A stretch of 64,000 nt of DNA from Chiloscyllium plagiosum (lineage: Eukaryota): positions 8,538,494 through 8,602,493 of the forward strand of contig NC_057718.1 of assembly GCF_004010195.1 (NCBI RefSeq), given 5' to 3'. Shown here piece by piece: positions 12,693 through 26,429 of the stretch. The translations under genes and the position numbers were made by a program. Numbering within the stretch: the first letter of the stretch is position 1; each line of letters begins with the position of its first letter. The notes under the pieces are model-generated. The model was given only the letters and a program-made list of their open reading frames with translations, searched no databases and was not told the origin of the DNA.

Positions 12693-13941
12693 TAGAACAA
12701 TAATATAGTTATGTGGGAAGACTGAAAGGGCCAGGGCTTATTTTGTCAGAAAAGATGAGAGGTGAACTTGACAGATGGTTTTTAAAACTACAAAGGAAGT
12801 CAGTCGTAGACATCGAGAAAACATTACGACTTGTGAAAGAAGCAAAAGAAAGAGCACTGCAAATATCAGATAATTGCGAATGAATCCAATCCGAGTCTAA
12901 AATGAAAGAAACAGAGTTAGAAAGAAGGGTCACGAGACCCTAAGCTCTATCCTTTCTCCAAAGATGTTTCCAGACCTGCTGAACTTTCCCAGCAACTTCT
13001 GTTTTTGTTTCTGATTTCCAGAATCCTCAGTTCTTTGTTTTTTTTTATTATGTGTAGAAACAGTCTTTTTTTTGATTTTCCATTCCCTCACAATGCAATG
13101 ACATTAACATCTCAGCGAGTGTCAGCGAGTGAACACATTCAAGCAAGAGCAGAATAAAATCATGGAGATTAGAAGCCTCCCAGATCTACCTGCTGCTGAA
13201 GAGTTAGATATGAGTTACTTTTGAATTACAATTTATGACACAGCATATGAAGTTTGAATCTTGCAGTAGACAGCAAAAGAATGTTCTCAAATAATTAATC
13301 TGTGTTTTCAGATTAGTTCCTCTCGATATGGGAGTGTGGGACATGACTTCTTTCTCATACAGAAAGATTACAGCTCTCCCAGTGAGCAATCACTGATATT
13401 TGCATGAAATCAAAGGTTAAGAAATTCCAGTATTTAGTGAAAGGCACTGCATGCCATAGGGGTTAATATGTAGAGAGCACTGTTTCATTCAGCCTGCATA
13501 CAAGTGTCTGCAAGAAGACAAAGATAACCACAGAGGTTTTCAGCATTTTAATCTCTGCCAGTTCTTTGCCAGTCTCATCAAAAATGATTCACTATCAACC
13601 AGAAAAAGATGTGCTGATCTTTCATCTCTTTTTCTGACTGCTGAATTTTATCGTGCACAAAAGGGCTTTTGTGTGCATCCATAAGGACAATCACTGCTCT
13701 CTAAAATGAACAACAGGAGACCATTCAATCTACTGTGCCTATTAATTGTATTTAATTGTGTCAAGACTGACGCGTATCTTTACTCCAAATACTTGGTTCT
13801 GTCACCTTTAAAATCCCAGTTGACAAAAGTCTATCTCACAGAATGTAGGAAATTTCCGCTTGACATCCAATGTTTTTCACTGTGGAAAGGCTTCCAAATA
13901 CCACAATTCTGTGACAGAAATCCATTGCCATATGGTGGAAG

Positions 13942-14142
13942 CAGCTGAAAATGTGTTGCTGGAAAAGCGCAGCAGGTCAGGCAGCATCCAAGGAACAGGA
14001 GAATCGACATTTCGGGCATAAGCCCTTCTTCAGGAATCATGCTGATTCTCCTGTTCCTTGGATGCTGCCTGACCTGCTGCGTTTTTCCAGCAACACATTT
14101 TCAGCTCTGATCTCCAGCATCTGCAGTCCTCACTTTCTCCTC
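13942..14142. mobile_element. Inverted pair of Neptune-type PLE ends with 12-bp TSD
   Basis: Inverted arms; ATATGGTGGAAG at 13930-13941 and 14147-14158. Confidence 0.85.
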
Positions 14143-14169
14143 AAAGATATGGTGGAAGTAGCATTACAA

Positions 14170-14395
14170 CAAGAACTTGCATTGACGTAGCATCATTAAG
14201 GGAGTAAAATGTCTGTGGAGCTTCAAAACAGCACCATCAATCAAAATTTGACACTGAGCCATGTACAGAGATGTCAGGGATGGAGATCAAACAGCTAGAT
14301 GGAAGAGATCAATTTTAAGGAGCTTCTTAAAAGAGGAGAAGGAGAGAGGTGGAAAGATTTGCAGCAACTTTGCCAGAACCTAGGGCTCAAAAGAC
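14170..14395 (-). mobile_element. Old L2-like LINE 3' end
   Basis: Resembles the reverse of an L2 3' end (TTTAAGAAGCTCCTTAAAA...TGTCAAATTTTG...TGCAAG). Confidence 0.5.
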
Positions 14396-14723
14396 TCAAC
14401 TGCTTACGTCAAGCTATGAATTTCAGTTTGTTCTAAGCACATCTGCTAATGTAGATTAGTGAATTAAAGCATTAAAACTTTGCATCTCCCTTTAATCAGT
14501 GTGAAAACCAGAATCAATGTCAACTTCATGAAAGAACTGCACCTTCAGAAAAATGCAGCTTGATCATTCACAAAAATGTACTTCAAAAATAGTGAGCTGT
14601 TGTTAGTTGTCAAGGGAACTGAGTAATGTGATTGAAAGGAATCTCTCTCTCTCAAGTGCTTTAGTTAAAACAGATCAGGTTTCTTTGATTGAAATTGATA
14701 AGTATATAAATAAGAAATGTTTG

Positions 14724-14998
14724 AACATAGAAAATAGATCGTTACAGCGCAGTACAGGCCCTTCGGCCCTCAATGCCGCACCGATCTGTGAAATTAATCT
14801 GATGCCCATCTAACCGACATTGTTCCATTATTATTCATATGTATGTCCAATGCCCATTTTAATGCTTTTAACGTCAACGAGTCTACTACTTTTGCAGGCA
14901 GGCTGTTCCATGCCCCTACTATTCTCTGAGTAAAGAAACTATCCCGATATCTGTCCTAAATCTATCACCCCTCAATTTAAAGCTATGTCCCCTCGTGT
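14724..14998 (-). mobile_element. CR1 LINE 3' end
   Basis: Reverse strand RGHSFKLRGDRFRTDIG..FFTQRIVGAWN plus 3' UTR. Confidence 0.85.
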
Positions 14999-15036
14999 GA
15001 GATTAGATTAGATTACTTACAGTGTGGAAACAGGCC

Positions 15037-15185
15037 CTAGCTTTCGGAGCGCTGCTCCTTCACCTGATGAAGGAACAGCGCTTTGAAAGCTAGTGCTTCC
15101 AAATAAACCTGTTGGTCTATAACCTGGTGTTGTGTTTTTTTTTAAACTTTATACACCCCAGTCCAACACCGGCACCTCTAAATTA
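15037..15185. mobile_element. Palindromic PLE-derived short element (CTGATGA-GGAG family)
   Basis: CTAGCTTTCGGAGCGCTGCTCCTTCA-cctga-TGAAGGAACAGCGCTTTGAAAGCTAG; relatives at 35128-35282, 49500-49628 and 61338-61507. Confidence 0.75.
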
Positions 15186-15789
15186 TGTTTTTATAGGGTG
15201 AGTAGAGAGAGCAAGGCATGTAGCTTACAGCTGCACAGGAGGTGCACCAGGCAAGGTCAACGTTAAATTGGAGAGGTCCATTCAGCAACTTCCTGAAGAA
15301 GCAGCCCTTGAACCTGCTGATGGATGGGGGTTCAAGCTTCTGTATCTTCTGCCTAATGTTCGGGACCGACCGTCCTTGAATGGGGGAAGGACCCTTCTAA
15401 TGGTCTTGCTTCCCGTTTTGTCTGTCTCTCTCTGTCTGTCTCTCTCTGTCTCTCCTTCTAAAACCAGTGAGTCGTCATTTCTGTTGTAGCGCACCTTGTG
15501 AAATCACACGTCTTGTGACAGCAGATCCTAATATTTTTGCTCAAGGTGTGTTCCCATAAGGTTTTTTAAGACCTTGATATCTGAGATGTGGGCATCATAT
15601 TTGTGCTCTGTGCTGTCTCATTGCACTTCCCCCTTTTTTTAAAATTTCTAATTCACTGGTGGGGCCTGGGTGAGTATTTATTGCTCTTTCCCAAGGGAGA
15701 ATCTTTGTTGACAGTCTTTCTGCAGCAATGAGAAGTGTAGATGGAAAGCTGGCTTCCATGATGGTCTTGGGCTGTGCACACCACCTTTT

Positions 15790-16030
15790 GTAGATTAGCA
15801 AATTGGATCAGAAATTGGCTAGCTGAAAGAAGACAGAGGGTGGTGGCTGATGGGAAATGTTCATCCTGGAGCTCAGTTACCAGTGGTCTGCCACAAGGAT
15901 CTGGTTTGGGGCCACTGCTGTTTGTCATTTTTATAACTGATCAGGATGCGGATGTAGAAGGATGGGATAGTAAATTTGAGGATGACACTAAGGTAGGCAG
16001 AGTTATGGATAGTGCCGAAGGATGTTGTGT
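15790..16030 (+). mobile_element. Internal CR1 RT fragment
   Basis: WIRNWLAERRQRVV...VTSGLPQGSGLGPLLF...KFEDDTKVG. Confidence 0.9.
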
Positions 16031-17054
16031 GTTACATTATCACCACCAGCATCATTGCACATCAGGAAATAAATTCTCAGACAGTCAATAAGCCACTGTC
16101 TGCTGGGCAGGCAGCCTTTAGCAGGGCAAGGTGGGTGTTCATGACAAGAGCTCCATGCCCAATTTGCAGTCTAGACCACGACATCTAAAGGAGAGCTGTC
16201 AGGCGTCAATCGGTAGCTTGTTTTCAGGCATTGCAAGGTGATCAAATTTAACCTTTATGGCTGCTGGAAATCTAGCTCCCATCGAGTTCTGAGCTGAAGG
16301 CTTCAGCCTTTATTTCATAGTGCTCCCTGTTTACTGTGTGTGCAATAATGCATGTTGACAAACTAGCTCTGTCCTCACCAACCTTCGGACCTGACATCAT
16401 TGGCATCTCGACACTTCAACTCAGGATAGTTATGGTGCAGGAAGAGGCCATTTGGCCCATCGTGTCTGCCCGGTTAGACAGCTTACATTGCAGAAGGAGC
16501 AGGATGACCTTGGTCATGCTAATTGGGTGCTCCCATTGTCCTGGCCACCCTGCATTTTGGCATGATTCCAAGTGCGAGTGATCGCATCAAGCTATCTTCA
16601 ATTTTTGATGAGTCTCAGAAAAGTCCTAACAGGGAGCATCTGGTGTATCAATGGGAAATGAGATGCCTGCTGATCATTTTCTTTAAGCTGCTGTGGTCCA
16701 CGTGGTGTCGTTGCACCACATTGTACTGTTAAGGAGAGAGCTCCAATATTTTGGCTCAGAGCTGATGAAGGAATAGATGTTGTGAGAGCTGGAATGGATA
16801 TTACATGCATATCTCATGACCATAAAAAAAAGGAGAATTACATTGTTTTTATTGTTGCGGCTTGAAATCATATCAACCCATCTTGCTAAATATAGAAAGG
16901 CCTGTGATTGCCTGATAAGCTAATTTCATTACTCATGCCCATTTCAGTGGTATAGCAAGAGAACCAGGCAGATAGTCTTTGCATGTGGAACCATACAGAT
17001 GTGTATATCCAGATGATGTCCAACCAGATGTCTTTTCAATTCTGGTCAAGGCAA

Positions 17055-17435
17055 AGCACTGCTGCCTTACCGTGCCAGGGACCTGGGTTCAATTCCACCC
17101 TCGTGTGACTGTCTGTGTGGGTTTTCTCCAAAGATGGGCATCCTTGGAAGAGGCTTCAGTAGTGACGCCCCCAAAGGGAGGTGATGCTTACATTCCTGAT
17201 GCAGGGCTCCAATTGAAAAACGTCAATTCTCCTGCTGCTTGGATGCTACCTGACCTACTGTGTTTTTCCTGCAACACACTCCCAACCCTTCCTCCAAACA
17301 TGTCTAGGTTAGGTGGAGTATCCTTAGAAAATGCAGGGATGGGGGATGGGGATGGGTCTAGGTGGGATGTTCTCCAGAGGGCCAGTGTGAATTTGATGGG
17401 TTGAATGGCCTGCTTTTGTACTGTAGGGTTTCTAT
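17055..17435 (+). mobile_element. HE1-like SINE interrupted by PLE-derived sequence (~17125-17285)
   Basis: SINE head and tail are separated by CCTGATGCAGGGC...AAACGTCAATTCTCCTGCT...GCAACACAC. Confidence 0.7.
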
Positions 17436-18005
17436 AAAAATAAGGCAAAGTAGAAACATGAGTAGGTAGTACAGCAACCGAATACTAGTGAGAGTAAATA
17501 AACAATTACATATATATGGCACTTTCAAAGACAATGAAGCACACTTGAAATGTTGCAATTGTTGCATGGGGATTGCAAGAACAGCACTGGTGTTTGAAAA
17601 TAGAATGTTGAAAAGCAAAAGATTTGTATTTATACAGTGCTGTTCCTAACTACTGGGAAACTTGATGATCTTTATAGACAATTAAGCCTGTTTTGACATG
17701 CAGCCACTGATATAATGTAAGAAATGCAGACATGAATTTGCACTCAGTAAACTCCCAAAAATTGCAATGTGTTAATGGACCAGATAATTTACTTAATGAC
17801 ATTGGTTGAGTGATAAATTTTGCAAAATAGCTTTTATATGATGCAGACATTTCTGGCAGAGTTTAGCGCTTATTACTTATCCCTAAATGTCCTTGAACTT
17901 GGTGGCTTTCCAGACCATTTCCCAGGGCAGTTAAGAGTTCCATACGTTATTGTTCATAGGGAATCATATGTGGGCCAGACTGGATAAGGATGGCAGATTT
18001 TCCTT

Positions 18006-19017
18006 TGTGATGGAGAATCATAATTTATTATCCTTTGGGAATTTTGATTCTGAAGTGGAGAAATTATGTATTGCTTTTAGTTTGTGTTTCTATACTGTGT
18101 GTGTTCAGAAGGGACAGGCAGAGTTTTAGTTTCAGTTTTGAGTGGTGCTGAGTTTTCTGAAGCTTTGTTTACGTGTCGAAATAAAGCTTTTCAAGTCTTT
18201 GAGGTGAATAGTTCGGTCCATCGGGAAACAGAGGAAAGGCATTAAAGAAAACTGCTGCTACCAGAAAAGACAGAACAATCTAGACAGTCAGAGAGTGTGT
18301 GTTGGTTCAATTCGGCTAAACAATTGATTTCGAAGTCTCCAGAAAGTTGGGGCCGGGGAAATGTCCTGAGTGACGTAGAAGAAAACGGCAAAAGCAGAAA
18401 ACGACTGTAAGATGAAAGTATGAAAACCCACATGCTTGCTCTGAATGCATTCAGAAGTCAGCAGAAAGAAATCTCCTGAAATGAATTACAGCCATGCCAT
18501 CTAAACAAAAGTGGAGAACCTTAAAATGAAGAGATGGGGGGACCGTTCACCTTTGTTTGAGTATTTTCAGGAATATTGTTGAGGGACAGGATGTTGAATC
18601 TTTATTTCTGTTACTTTGAATAAAACCACTTTGAATAGCTATTGTATTGTTCATAACAATGCAATCTTTTTCCCTTCTATGAGCAATAAAGAATAGTGGC
18701 AGCATTTTGTGAGTATTTTCAGTGACTGAACACCATAGAAAAACAAAGTCACAAAAATAAAGCTTATTGTCTAACAAGGAGTTAGACCCCTCCCCCAAGT
18801 CCCTCCTCCCTACCTTTTATCTTAGCCTGCTGGACAAACTTTCCTCATTCCTGAAGAAGGGCTTATGCCCGAAACGTCGATTCTCCTGTTCCCTGGATGC
18901 TGCCTGACCTGCTGCGCTTTTCCAGCAACACATTTTCAGCTCAGTTATTGCCTAACAAGTCAGGATTCACTCAGAACTACAACTTGTCTTGTATTATTAT
19001 CAGCTGAGGCCATAACA
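18006..19017. mobile_element. Probable solo LTR inserted in an old SINE, itself carrying a PLE end (18785-18944)
   Basis: TGTGAT...ATAACA termini split a reverse-strand SINE (GGCAGATTTTCCTT | TAGTGAAACAGA); no clear TSD. The PLE has a 15-bp TSD TTATTG(T/C)CTAACAAG. Confidence 0.55.
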
Positions 19018-19164
19018 TAGTGAAACAGACATGTTTTTTAGAACAATTGAAACATGGTCTCATGGTCACCATTGCTGGGAGCAACTTGTCATTCCATATT
19101 AATCAACTTAATTTAAATTCCACTGGCTGCCATGATGGGAAATGCAAGTCTGTGATCTTTATAA

Positions 19165-19320
19165 CCCCCTGAGCGAGCAGGTGAGGCCTTGCTGTATCTG
19201 AAAGGTGGAACCTCTGACAGTGCAGCAGTTCCTCAGTACTGCACTGAAATAACAACCTTGATTTTTATGCTCAAGCCTGAGACTTGAACACTGAACCTTG
19301 GGCTCATGCTACTGACTGGG
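19165..19320 (-). mobile_element. Old Deu-domain SINE fragment
   Basis: CCTCTGACAGTGCAGCAGTTCCTCAGTACTGCACTG is the reverse of the Deu core. Confidence 0.65.
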
Positions 19321-21311
19321 TTGAGATTAGATTTCACAGAGTTGCTCAACAAAAAAAGTTATTAAACGAAACTGTTGTCACCAGCGTTATTATCTGGTGT
19401 ATATACACAGCAATCTTTTGTGGGCCACTATTCAATTAAGGCTGAAGTTTGAATGCCCTAGTGGGTCTGATGGTAAATTTACTTTAGCATGAGAATGGCA
19501 AGTGTGATTAAAACAGTGAACTTTTAGAACACATGTTTCGAATCATTAAGATGTTTCTAGCTCTAGGAGACTGAGTATTAGCACTGGAGACCCTGTCCTC
19601 CTCACACCAATTCTCCCTCAGGGTCTTCCATTGCTCGATTCCCAGACAGATCTTTACCTTCCAGCAGCCCATGTCCAGCAGCATCCCCACATGTATGTGT
19701 AAACAGTTGCTGACGTCACCTTGACGAGTGCGCACATTAAACCGATGTGTCTCCCTACATGAAATTGTTCTTCTTTATATAATTTGATCTTGTCATCAGC
19801 ACTTAATAATGTATGAAATTTTGAAAATTGCAAAGCTCTCTTGCCAGAAGGCATATAACATGGTAAAGAAAACAAATTGATTTTGTAGCAGCCTCTCCAT
19901 AATTACCATAATAATATATCCATGCAATCAATCTCCTTCGATCAATGACTTTCTTCTATTGTGCATGTCAAAATGGAGTTCATTTTCTCATCCAGTACTT
20001 TCCAACTCCTAACAGGCAGGTAATTTATTTATTTTTAATCTCTATCTAAATTATTCCACACATGTAAGGTGCAGTGGTGGAGCATAAGTTGATCCCTAAT
20101 CACTTGAAGTTGACATTACGTCCTATTAAATATGCTGGTGCACTCTCTTAGGAAGCCTGTGTGTATTCAGTCTTAGCAGCTTTCAAGTGAAAGATTTAAC
20201 TATGCTGCATCCAGTAACAGGAATATATTATATACCTCAATAAACTGTTGTAATTGCTATGCGACACTAAACACCATTAACAAAGGCAATTTTTTAACAT
20301 TCTTTAAATGTTAATATACTTCATTGAGTTGGCTGTTACTTTGAGACAATTAGTTGAGATCCAGCTCACTTATTAATGAGCTTTGTTTGTATCTTATCAA
20401 TTGTCATGTCATCCTTATCAAACATGCTTAAGATGATTTCCAGTCTGATGTCTAATAGTCTTTCACCTCTTTTTTAATTACATCTTAGTCTAGTATGTAA
20501 TGGAAAATTAACATTTACTCTAAAATCCATTTACTCTGAAATCTGAAAGAGAATACTTTACTAAATTTAAAACTTTTCTGTCACTTTGTAACTTTGCTGA
20601 AGTCTGCAGTCAAGGGACAGCTTGTCTCTGCGGAACTTTGTAAAAATTCAAACTGAGTTGATATGAACAATTCATGTGCAAGGCTCCTCAATTCATTTCA
20701 ATGACAGATAGGAAAGCCCCAAATGGCAGTATTCCTAAGTGTGGAGTGTTCAAATAGCCCTCTTTCTAAATTCAACCTCTATCTCAGTTGGTTGCAGTGA
20801 AGTTAATTTTAAAGTGACATCTCACAATGATTACCCAATCCAAATGTATTTACGTTCTAAAAAGAGTCAAGTTAATCAGGATTCCTTAAGTGAAAGAAAG
20901 GATGAGCTTATCAGCTACTAAAATAGAAGAAATGATAATTAAAATAGGTTAGAAATGTGAATTCAGTAAAAACAGTAACAGTTTATCTGCAAAACACATC
21001 AGTCTCTGGGTCCTGTGAAGAGTAGAATATTACAGCTGTTACATTATACAATAGTGGTAATGCTGATGGTAATAGTGAAGCTGTTTATTTTGAGATTCCT
21101 CGCTCCACAAGTTAGTTGGTTGTTTTCTGTCCTATTTCCTTATTGACAGTGACTTCACTAGCTTGTTTTGCTTCCCATCTCAGAGCAGAATTGTTTTTAA
21201 GCAGGGGTTTCTAGTGGCTATCCTCAGTCTGTGACCTCCATAGCATATCAGCACATTAACATAACAAGACAGGGTGCTGCAATTGGATTTTTATCCTGTT
21301 TTATGCATATT

Positions 21312-21650
21312 GGGTCAGCACGGTGGCTCAGTGGTTAGCACTGCTGCCTCACAGTGCCAGGGACCTGGATTCAATTCCAACCTCAGGCAACTGTCTGTGG
21401 AGTTTGTACATTCTGCCCGTGTCTGCGTGTGTTTCCTCCGGATGCTCCAGTTTCCTCACAGTCCAAATATGTGCAGGTCAGATGAATTGGACCTGCTAAA
21501 TTGCTCATAGTGTTCAGGGGTATGTCGTTAGGTGCATTAGTCAGGGGTAAATATGGGCCAATAGGGTATGGGTTGGGGTAGGTTACTCTTTGGCAGGTCG
21601 GTGTGGATGTGTTGGGCGGAGGGCCTGTTTCCACACAGTCGGGGTTCTAA
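21312..21650 (+). mobile_element. HE1-like SINE
   Basis: Full head, body and tail of the family. Confidence 0.9.
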
Positions 21651-24009
21651 AAACAAATTATGGACAGGTAAAAGATAGATGTTCCTATGCATTGGGAAAT
21701 AATCCAAGGGAAGGGAAATGAGCCCCTTATTAGCTATTAAGCCACAGGAGATCACATGTTAGTTTATTTTGAATTGTATCTCTCCCTTTCAAGGGTTTCT
21801 GTTCAAAACTCCCTTGGCATATTCCATGGTTTCTCACAGGACTTATCCAGACAATCATTAATTTACATCTGTTTTTCATTTTGACTGTGTGTCCTTTGTT
21901 ATGAAGCACATACCATAGTCAAAATTGAATATGTCCATAAGTATTCCAGGGTTATGATCTATTCTCATGGCAGAGATCAAGAGGGTGAATGGTGTAATGA
22001 TGGAAAAATATGTTCCAAATCTCTGTTAATTTTTCACATCATCAAATTAAGTAATAAAATGTCATTATTATTAGTTATTGTGGAGATTGGTTGGTGAGGT
22101 TCACGTGTATCTGTCCTTGGACTGAGGATAGTTCAAAGGAGATTGTCTGTGAGCATTTCATTGCAAGACGCAGAACACACTTCATGTTTCTGACTTTGTA
22201 CCAACCTGAAGGTGAATTAGATTGCTGAAAAATGTGATGCTATTCCCTGGGACCAATGTGATCTTGCCTCCTACACTACAACAGTCACTAAACTTCAAAA
22301 TGTCTTCCATGGTTGTAAAGCATTAGCGATATCCTGAAGTTCCAGAAGGGTCTGTATAAATGAATATACTTTTTTTTAAAATTAGGTCTCTCCTGATATT
22401 AACATTTTAGTAAACTTGACAGGAATGTACAGCAAGTCAGAGACTTGGTTTGGTATTGGCCTTTTTTACAGTTTACCCAAAGTCAACATTACCCTGTTTA
22501 TTACACCAATAATGCACTTCTGAAAAAGATTACAATAATACTTCTACTGAATAAGACAGAACTTGCAAGAAAAGTTAACATGTCCACTCAATTCACTTAT
22601 AACGGTTGTAATATTTACTGAGTACATTACATGTTAGGTATACGGCCTCAGGGCCAAATATTTCCAGTTGGAAATTACGAGAAGTGCAATAGATATCAAT
22701 AGATATTGCGCTTCATGCAACATGTTTCATTGTGGTGTGCCTCAATATGTTTTCAATATTCCTGGATTATAACACACATTCATTTGAGGCACATAGCCTG
22801 AGGGATATTATAGTTTCCTGGGCAGTGAGCTCTCCCCCTTTGAACCCTTACAGTAGCCACCCAAGCTTTAGCGCACCTCTCAGCACATAGTCCTGGTTCT
22901 TGGAAGGTGCCAGTCTGCAACATTCAGTTGAGGACAACACCATGCACTGGAAGACAGGAACTTGCAGCAAGGACCAAGATGTAGCTTGGCTGGTGGTGAG
23001 AGAAGTTCCTCTTACCAGATCCTTCCTGCCCAGAGTGTCAACCCCCCACCTTTTACATCTCACCTCGAGATGACTGTGATGGGGGAGAGACTATTGTCCA
23101 CCTTCTTGTAGAAATGTAAGCCAAGTATTGCAAGGCTGTAGGCCAAGTGTTAGAAAATGGGGTTCTCGTAGTTTGGTGGTTGTTTTTGACCAGCATAGAC
23201 TCAGTGAGGTGAAGGGCCCTTTTCTATGCTGTAGACCTCTATGACTAACTTTGTAAATAAGAACTACAGACAGATGCGATGGTTTTTGATGAGGTTCATC
23301 CCAAGCTGTCCTGTGAAAGGGTTCTTCCCAGAGACAGCCAATTGGGACAAACATCAACTTCCCCTGGAGATATTCTCCAAGGGAGAATTCGCCATTAGCA
23401 TCCTTTACAAAAATATAGCCTCAGCATCAAGAAATCTTTTGAAGTAAGGAGTCATATTAAGCAAGGGTCTTCTTTTCTCTAGTTGAAGCAGCTATGGAGA
23501 ATTTTGAATAATTCATTTTGCTGAGTCTGGGGAGTGTTCTATTTGCAGAGCGATAAAAAGTGACGTTGGAGTGTGCGGTGTTAATAGACTTATTGTGCCC
23601 GATGTTGTCACTCTGAATTACCAGGTCTTGTTGGTACAGGGTCATCTTTGCTCTATGACTGTGTCACAACACATCATTCTTCAGTTCCTTCACAGCTAGC
23701 ACCGGTGTCTCTGACCCTCAATCTCTGCAATTCATCAACAAGCACCATCCCCATAGAACAGTACAGAGTGACCGGCGTGAAGTGACAGCAATGGAAAGGT
23801 ATTAATAAAACTGCAGAGTGGAAATTGCGTTTTATGTATTACCATCTGAATGTTGAAGACATGACAATCAATTCCTTTTGTCCGCAATTTGAATAGAATG
23901 TACCAGGCAAGAAAAAAAATACATTTATGTCACATCTTTCATAATTTATCCTCAAAGTATTTTGCAGCTAATATTCACAAAGCAAGATCCAACTAACAGC
24001 AGTTATAAT

Positions 24010-24197
24010 CTCGAGTGTGGTGCTGGAAAAGCACAGCAGGTCAAGCATCATCCGAGGAGCAGGAGAATCGGCGTTTCATCAGGACGTCGATTCTCCTGCT
24101 CCTCGGATGCTGCCTGACCTGCTGTGCTTTTCCACAGCAGGTCAGGCAGCATCCGAGGAACAGGAGAATCCAGCATCTGTAATCCTCTCTTTTGCCT
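24010..24197. mobile_element. Rearranged (reverse/forward/reverse) PLE 3' end cluster with 12-bp TSD
   Basis: CACAGCAGGTCA..GCAGCATCCGAGGA..GGAGAATC occurs in both orientations; AGCAGTTATAAT at 23998-24009 and 24198-24209. Confidence 0.8.
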
Positions 24198-24329
24198 AGC
24201 AGTTATAATTTGCTGTATTGACCTCAGTTGAGGGGTAAATACTGTTCGAGAATCTCTCTGCTCTTCTCCAAAACAGGCCGACACTCTGGTGAGTCAGGAT
24301 ATATGTCACTGGCTGTCCTTTGATTTGGG

Positions 24330-24640
24330 GATGGCTACTCAGGATCTTGTCTTTCAGCCATGGGTCGTCATGAGAGTGAACAGGCCAATTCTCAAACAGC
24401 AGATCTTTGGAGACCTGGGATGGGATGCCGCACTGGAGAGTGGGAATCCAGACAGCAGAAAAGGCTTCCTTTACTCTCCTCTGCTGCCACTCTGCCTCAC
24501 TGTTTATCCTCCAAGCATGGTGCAGTTGGATGGGCAAGGCGTCACTGTTTCGAACAATCCTCCCAATCATGAATGTCAATGCAGTCAGGTTTCAAAGAGA
24601 GGTTCAGAGGGTAATGGTACCATTGTCCTGTCCACTGCTG
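24330..24640 (-). mobile_element. Highly decayed RTE-type LINE 3' end
   Basis: Reverse frames give LKPDCIDIHDWED and PRSPKICCLRIGLFTLMTTH, resembling the RTE C-terminus and its C2H2-like motif. Confidence 0.5.
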
Positions 24641-24677
24641 GAATGCTGGTCACAATTGTGATTGAGAAAACATTATA

Positions 24678-25185
24678 GCCCTGCTATAGGAAGGATGTTG
24701 TGAAACTTGAAAAGGTTCAGAAAGTATTTACAAGTATTTTGCCAGGATTGGAGGGTTTGAGCTATACGGAGAAGCTGAATAGGCTGGGGCAGTCTTCCCT
24801 GGAGCGTCAGAGACTAAAGGGTGATCTTATAGAGGTTTATAAAATCATGAGGGGCATGGATAGGGTAAATTGCCAAGGTATTTTTCCCAAATGTAGGGGA
24901 ATCCAAAACTAGAGAGTATAGTTTTAAGGTGAGAGGGGAAACATTGAAAAGGAACCTAAGAGGCAACTTTTTCACACAGTGGGTTATGTGTGTATTGAAT
25001 GAGCTGCCAGAGGAAGTGGTGGAGGCTGATACAATTACAGCATTGAAAAGGCATCTGGACACATGAATAGGAAGGGTTTAGAGAAATAAAGACGAAATGC
25101 TGGCAAATGGAACTAGATTAATTTAGGATAACTGGTCAAAACAGACCGAAGGGTCTGTTTCCATGATGTACATCTCTGTGACTAA
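24678..25185 (+). mobile_element. CR1 LINE 3' end
   Basis: KLEKVQKVFTSILPGLEGLSY..LNRLG..LKGDLIEVYKIMRG plus 3' UTR. Confidence 0.95.
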
Positions 25186-25512
25186 GTGTGAGATCCACTG
25201 AAATTGATTTTGAAGGGATTTTGCTTGAACTCTTAAGGAACCTTTGTGCAGTGGTCCACCTATTGAATCCAGAAAATGTGTTGGCAGCATTGCTAGTGTG
25301 TCATGTGTCACTGATACAGGGTCTAGGTATCACTGAAGTACAGGAGTATGGTGACCACAACTGCTTGACACCCAGTCACTTCTGTTGACTTGTAGAGGCC
25401 TCTGTTGTGAAACACACATTCTGTAGAAGGCTGTGTTGTGTGCAAATGATGTGGTGTTGAACCTCAGAAGCACAGAATTTTTGCAGCACAGAATGAGGCC
25501 ATTCAGTCTATT

Positions 25513-26012
25513 TTGAAGGTGAGAGGAGAAAGAGTTAAAAAGGACATGAGGGGCAATGTTTTTATAGAGACATGGCTCATGTATGGAATGAACTGCCAGA
25601 GAAAATGGTGGATTCAAAAGTTACAACGTTTAAAAGATGTTTGGATAAGTTCATGAATAGGAAAGGTTTGGAGGGATATGGGCCAAACACAGGCAGGTGG
25701 TACTAGCTTAGTTTGGGAACATGATAGGCATGGAGATCATGAGGACTGTGGATACTGGAGAGTCAGAGTGGATAAAGAGTGGAGCTGGAAAAAGCACAGC
25801 AGGTCAAGCAGCATCAGAGGAGAAGGGGAGTCAATGTTTCAGGTCAGAACTTTCAATCAGGACAAATTTCACACCTGAAAAGTTGACTGCCTGTCTCCTC
25901 TGATGCTACTTGACCTGCTGTGCTTTTTCCAGCTCTACTGTTTATCCAACATGATAGGGTTGGACTAGTTTGACTGAAGTGTCTGTTTCCATGCTGTATG
26001 ACTCTGACTCTG
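25513..26012 (+). mobile_element. CR1 3' end interrupted by an inverted PLE pair (25729-25947)
   Basis: The CR1 tail is split, with TSD AACATGATAGG at 25718-25728 and 25948-25958. Confidence 0.8.
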
Positions 26013-26429
26013 AATGAGCTTCTCACTTTGCACCAGGATCTGAGACAGCAGACTTTGAACAGATCATTCAGGTCTCCAAATCAATCAGTGGTTGCAAACC
26101 TAGACCAGTACATTTTGTATCCAGCTCCTCAACTGAAATGGAACGAAGATAGATAATAATTGAAAGGGATGCATTAGCAGCTACACGGACATGTGAGATT
26201 CTTACAGATTATGCATTAGGTCAACAGTTTACCTTTGAAGCATAACGCAAAGCATTTGTCACATTGTCAAATGTCAAAGCATGAGTAAGGATGCTGCTGA
26301 GAGAACAAAGATTTTGTTTTGGATTGATGACATTTGATGTTTCATCCTTGCTATGTCCAAGGGTAATGTTATACCACAGTGGACTCATTGCCACACAGTC
26401 CCACTGAGAAACCAAAACAAGTGGGCATA

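Noticed and set aside
13312..13420. Possible exon after a TTTTCAG acceptor
   Set aside because: The peptides are unrecognisable, reading on to the AAG|GTTAAG donor hits stops, and there is no supporting neighbouring exon.
24289..24678. 129-aa plus-strand ORF
   Set aside because: It is the antisense of a decayed RTE-like 3' end.
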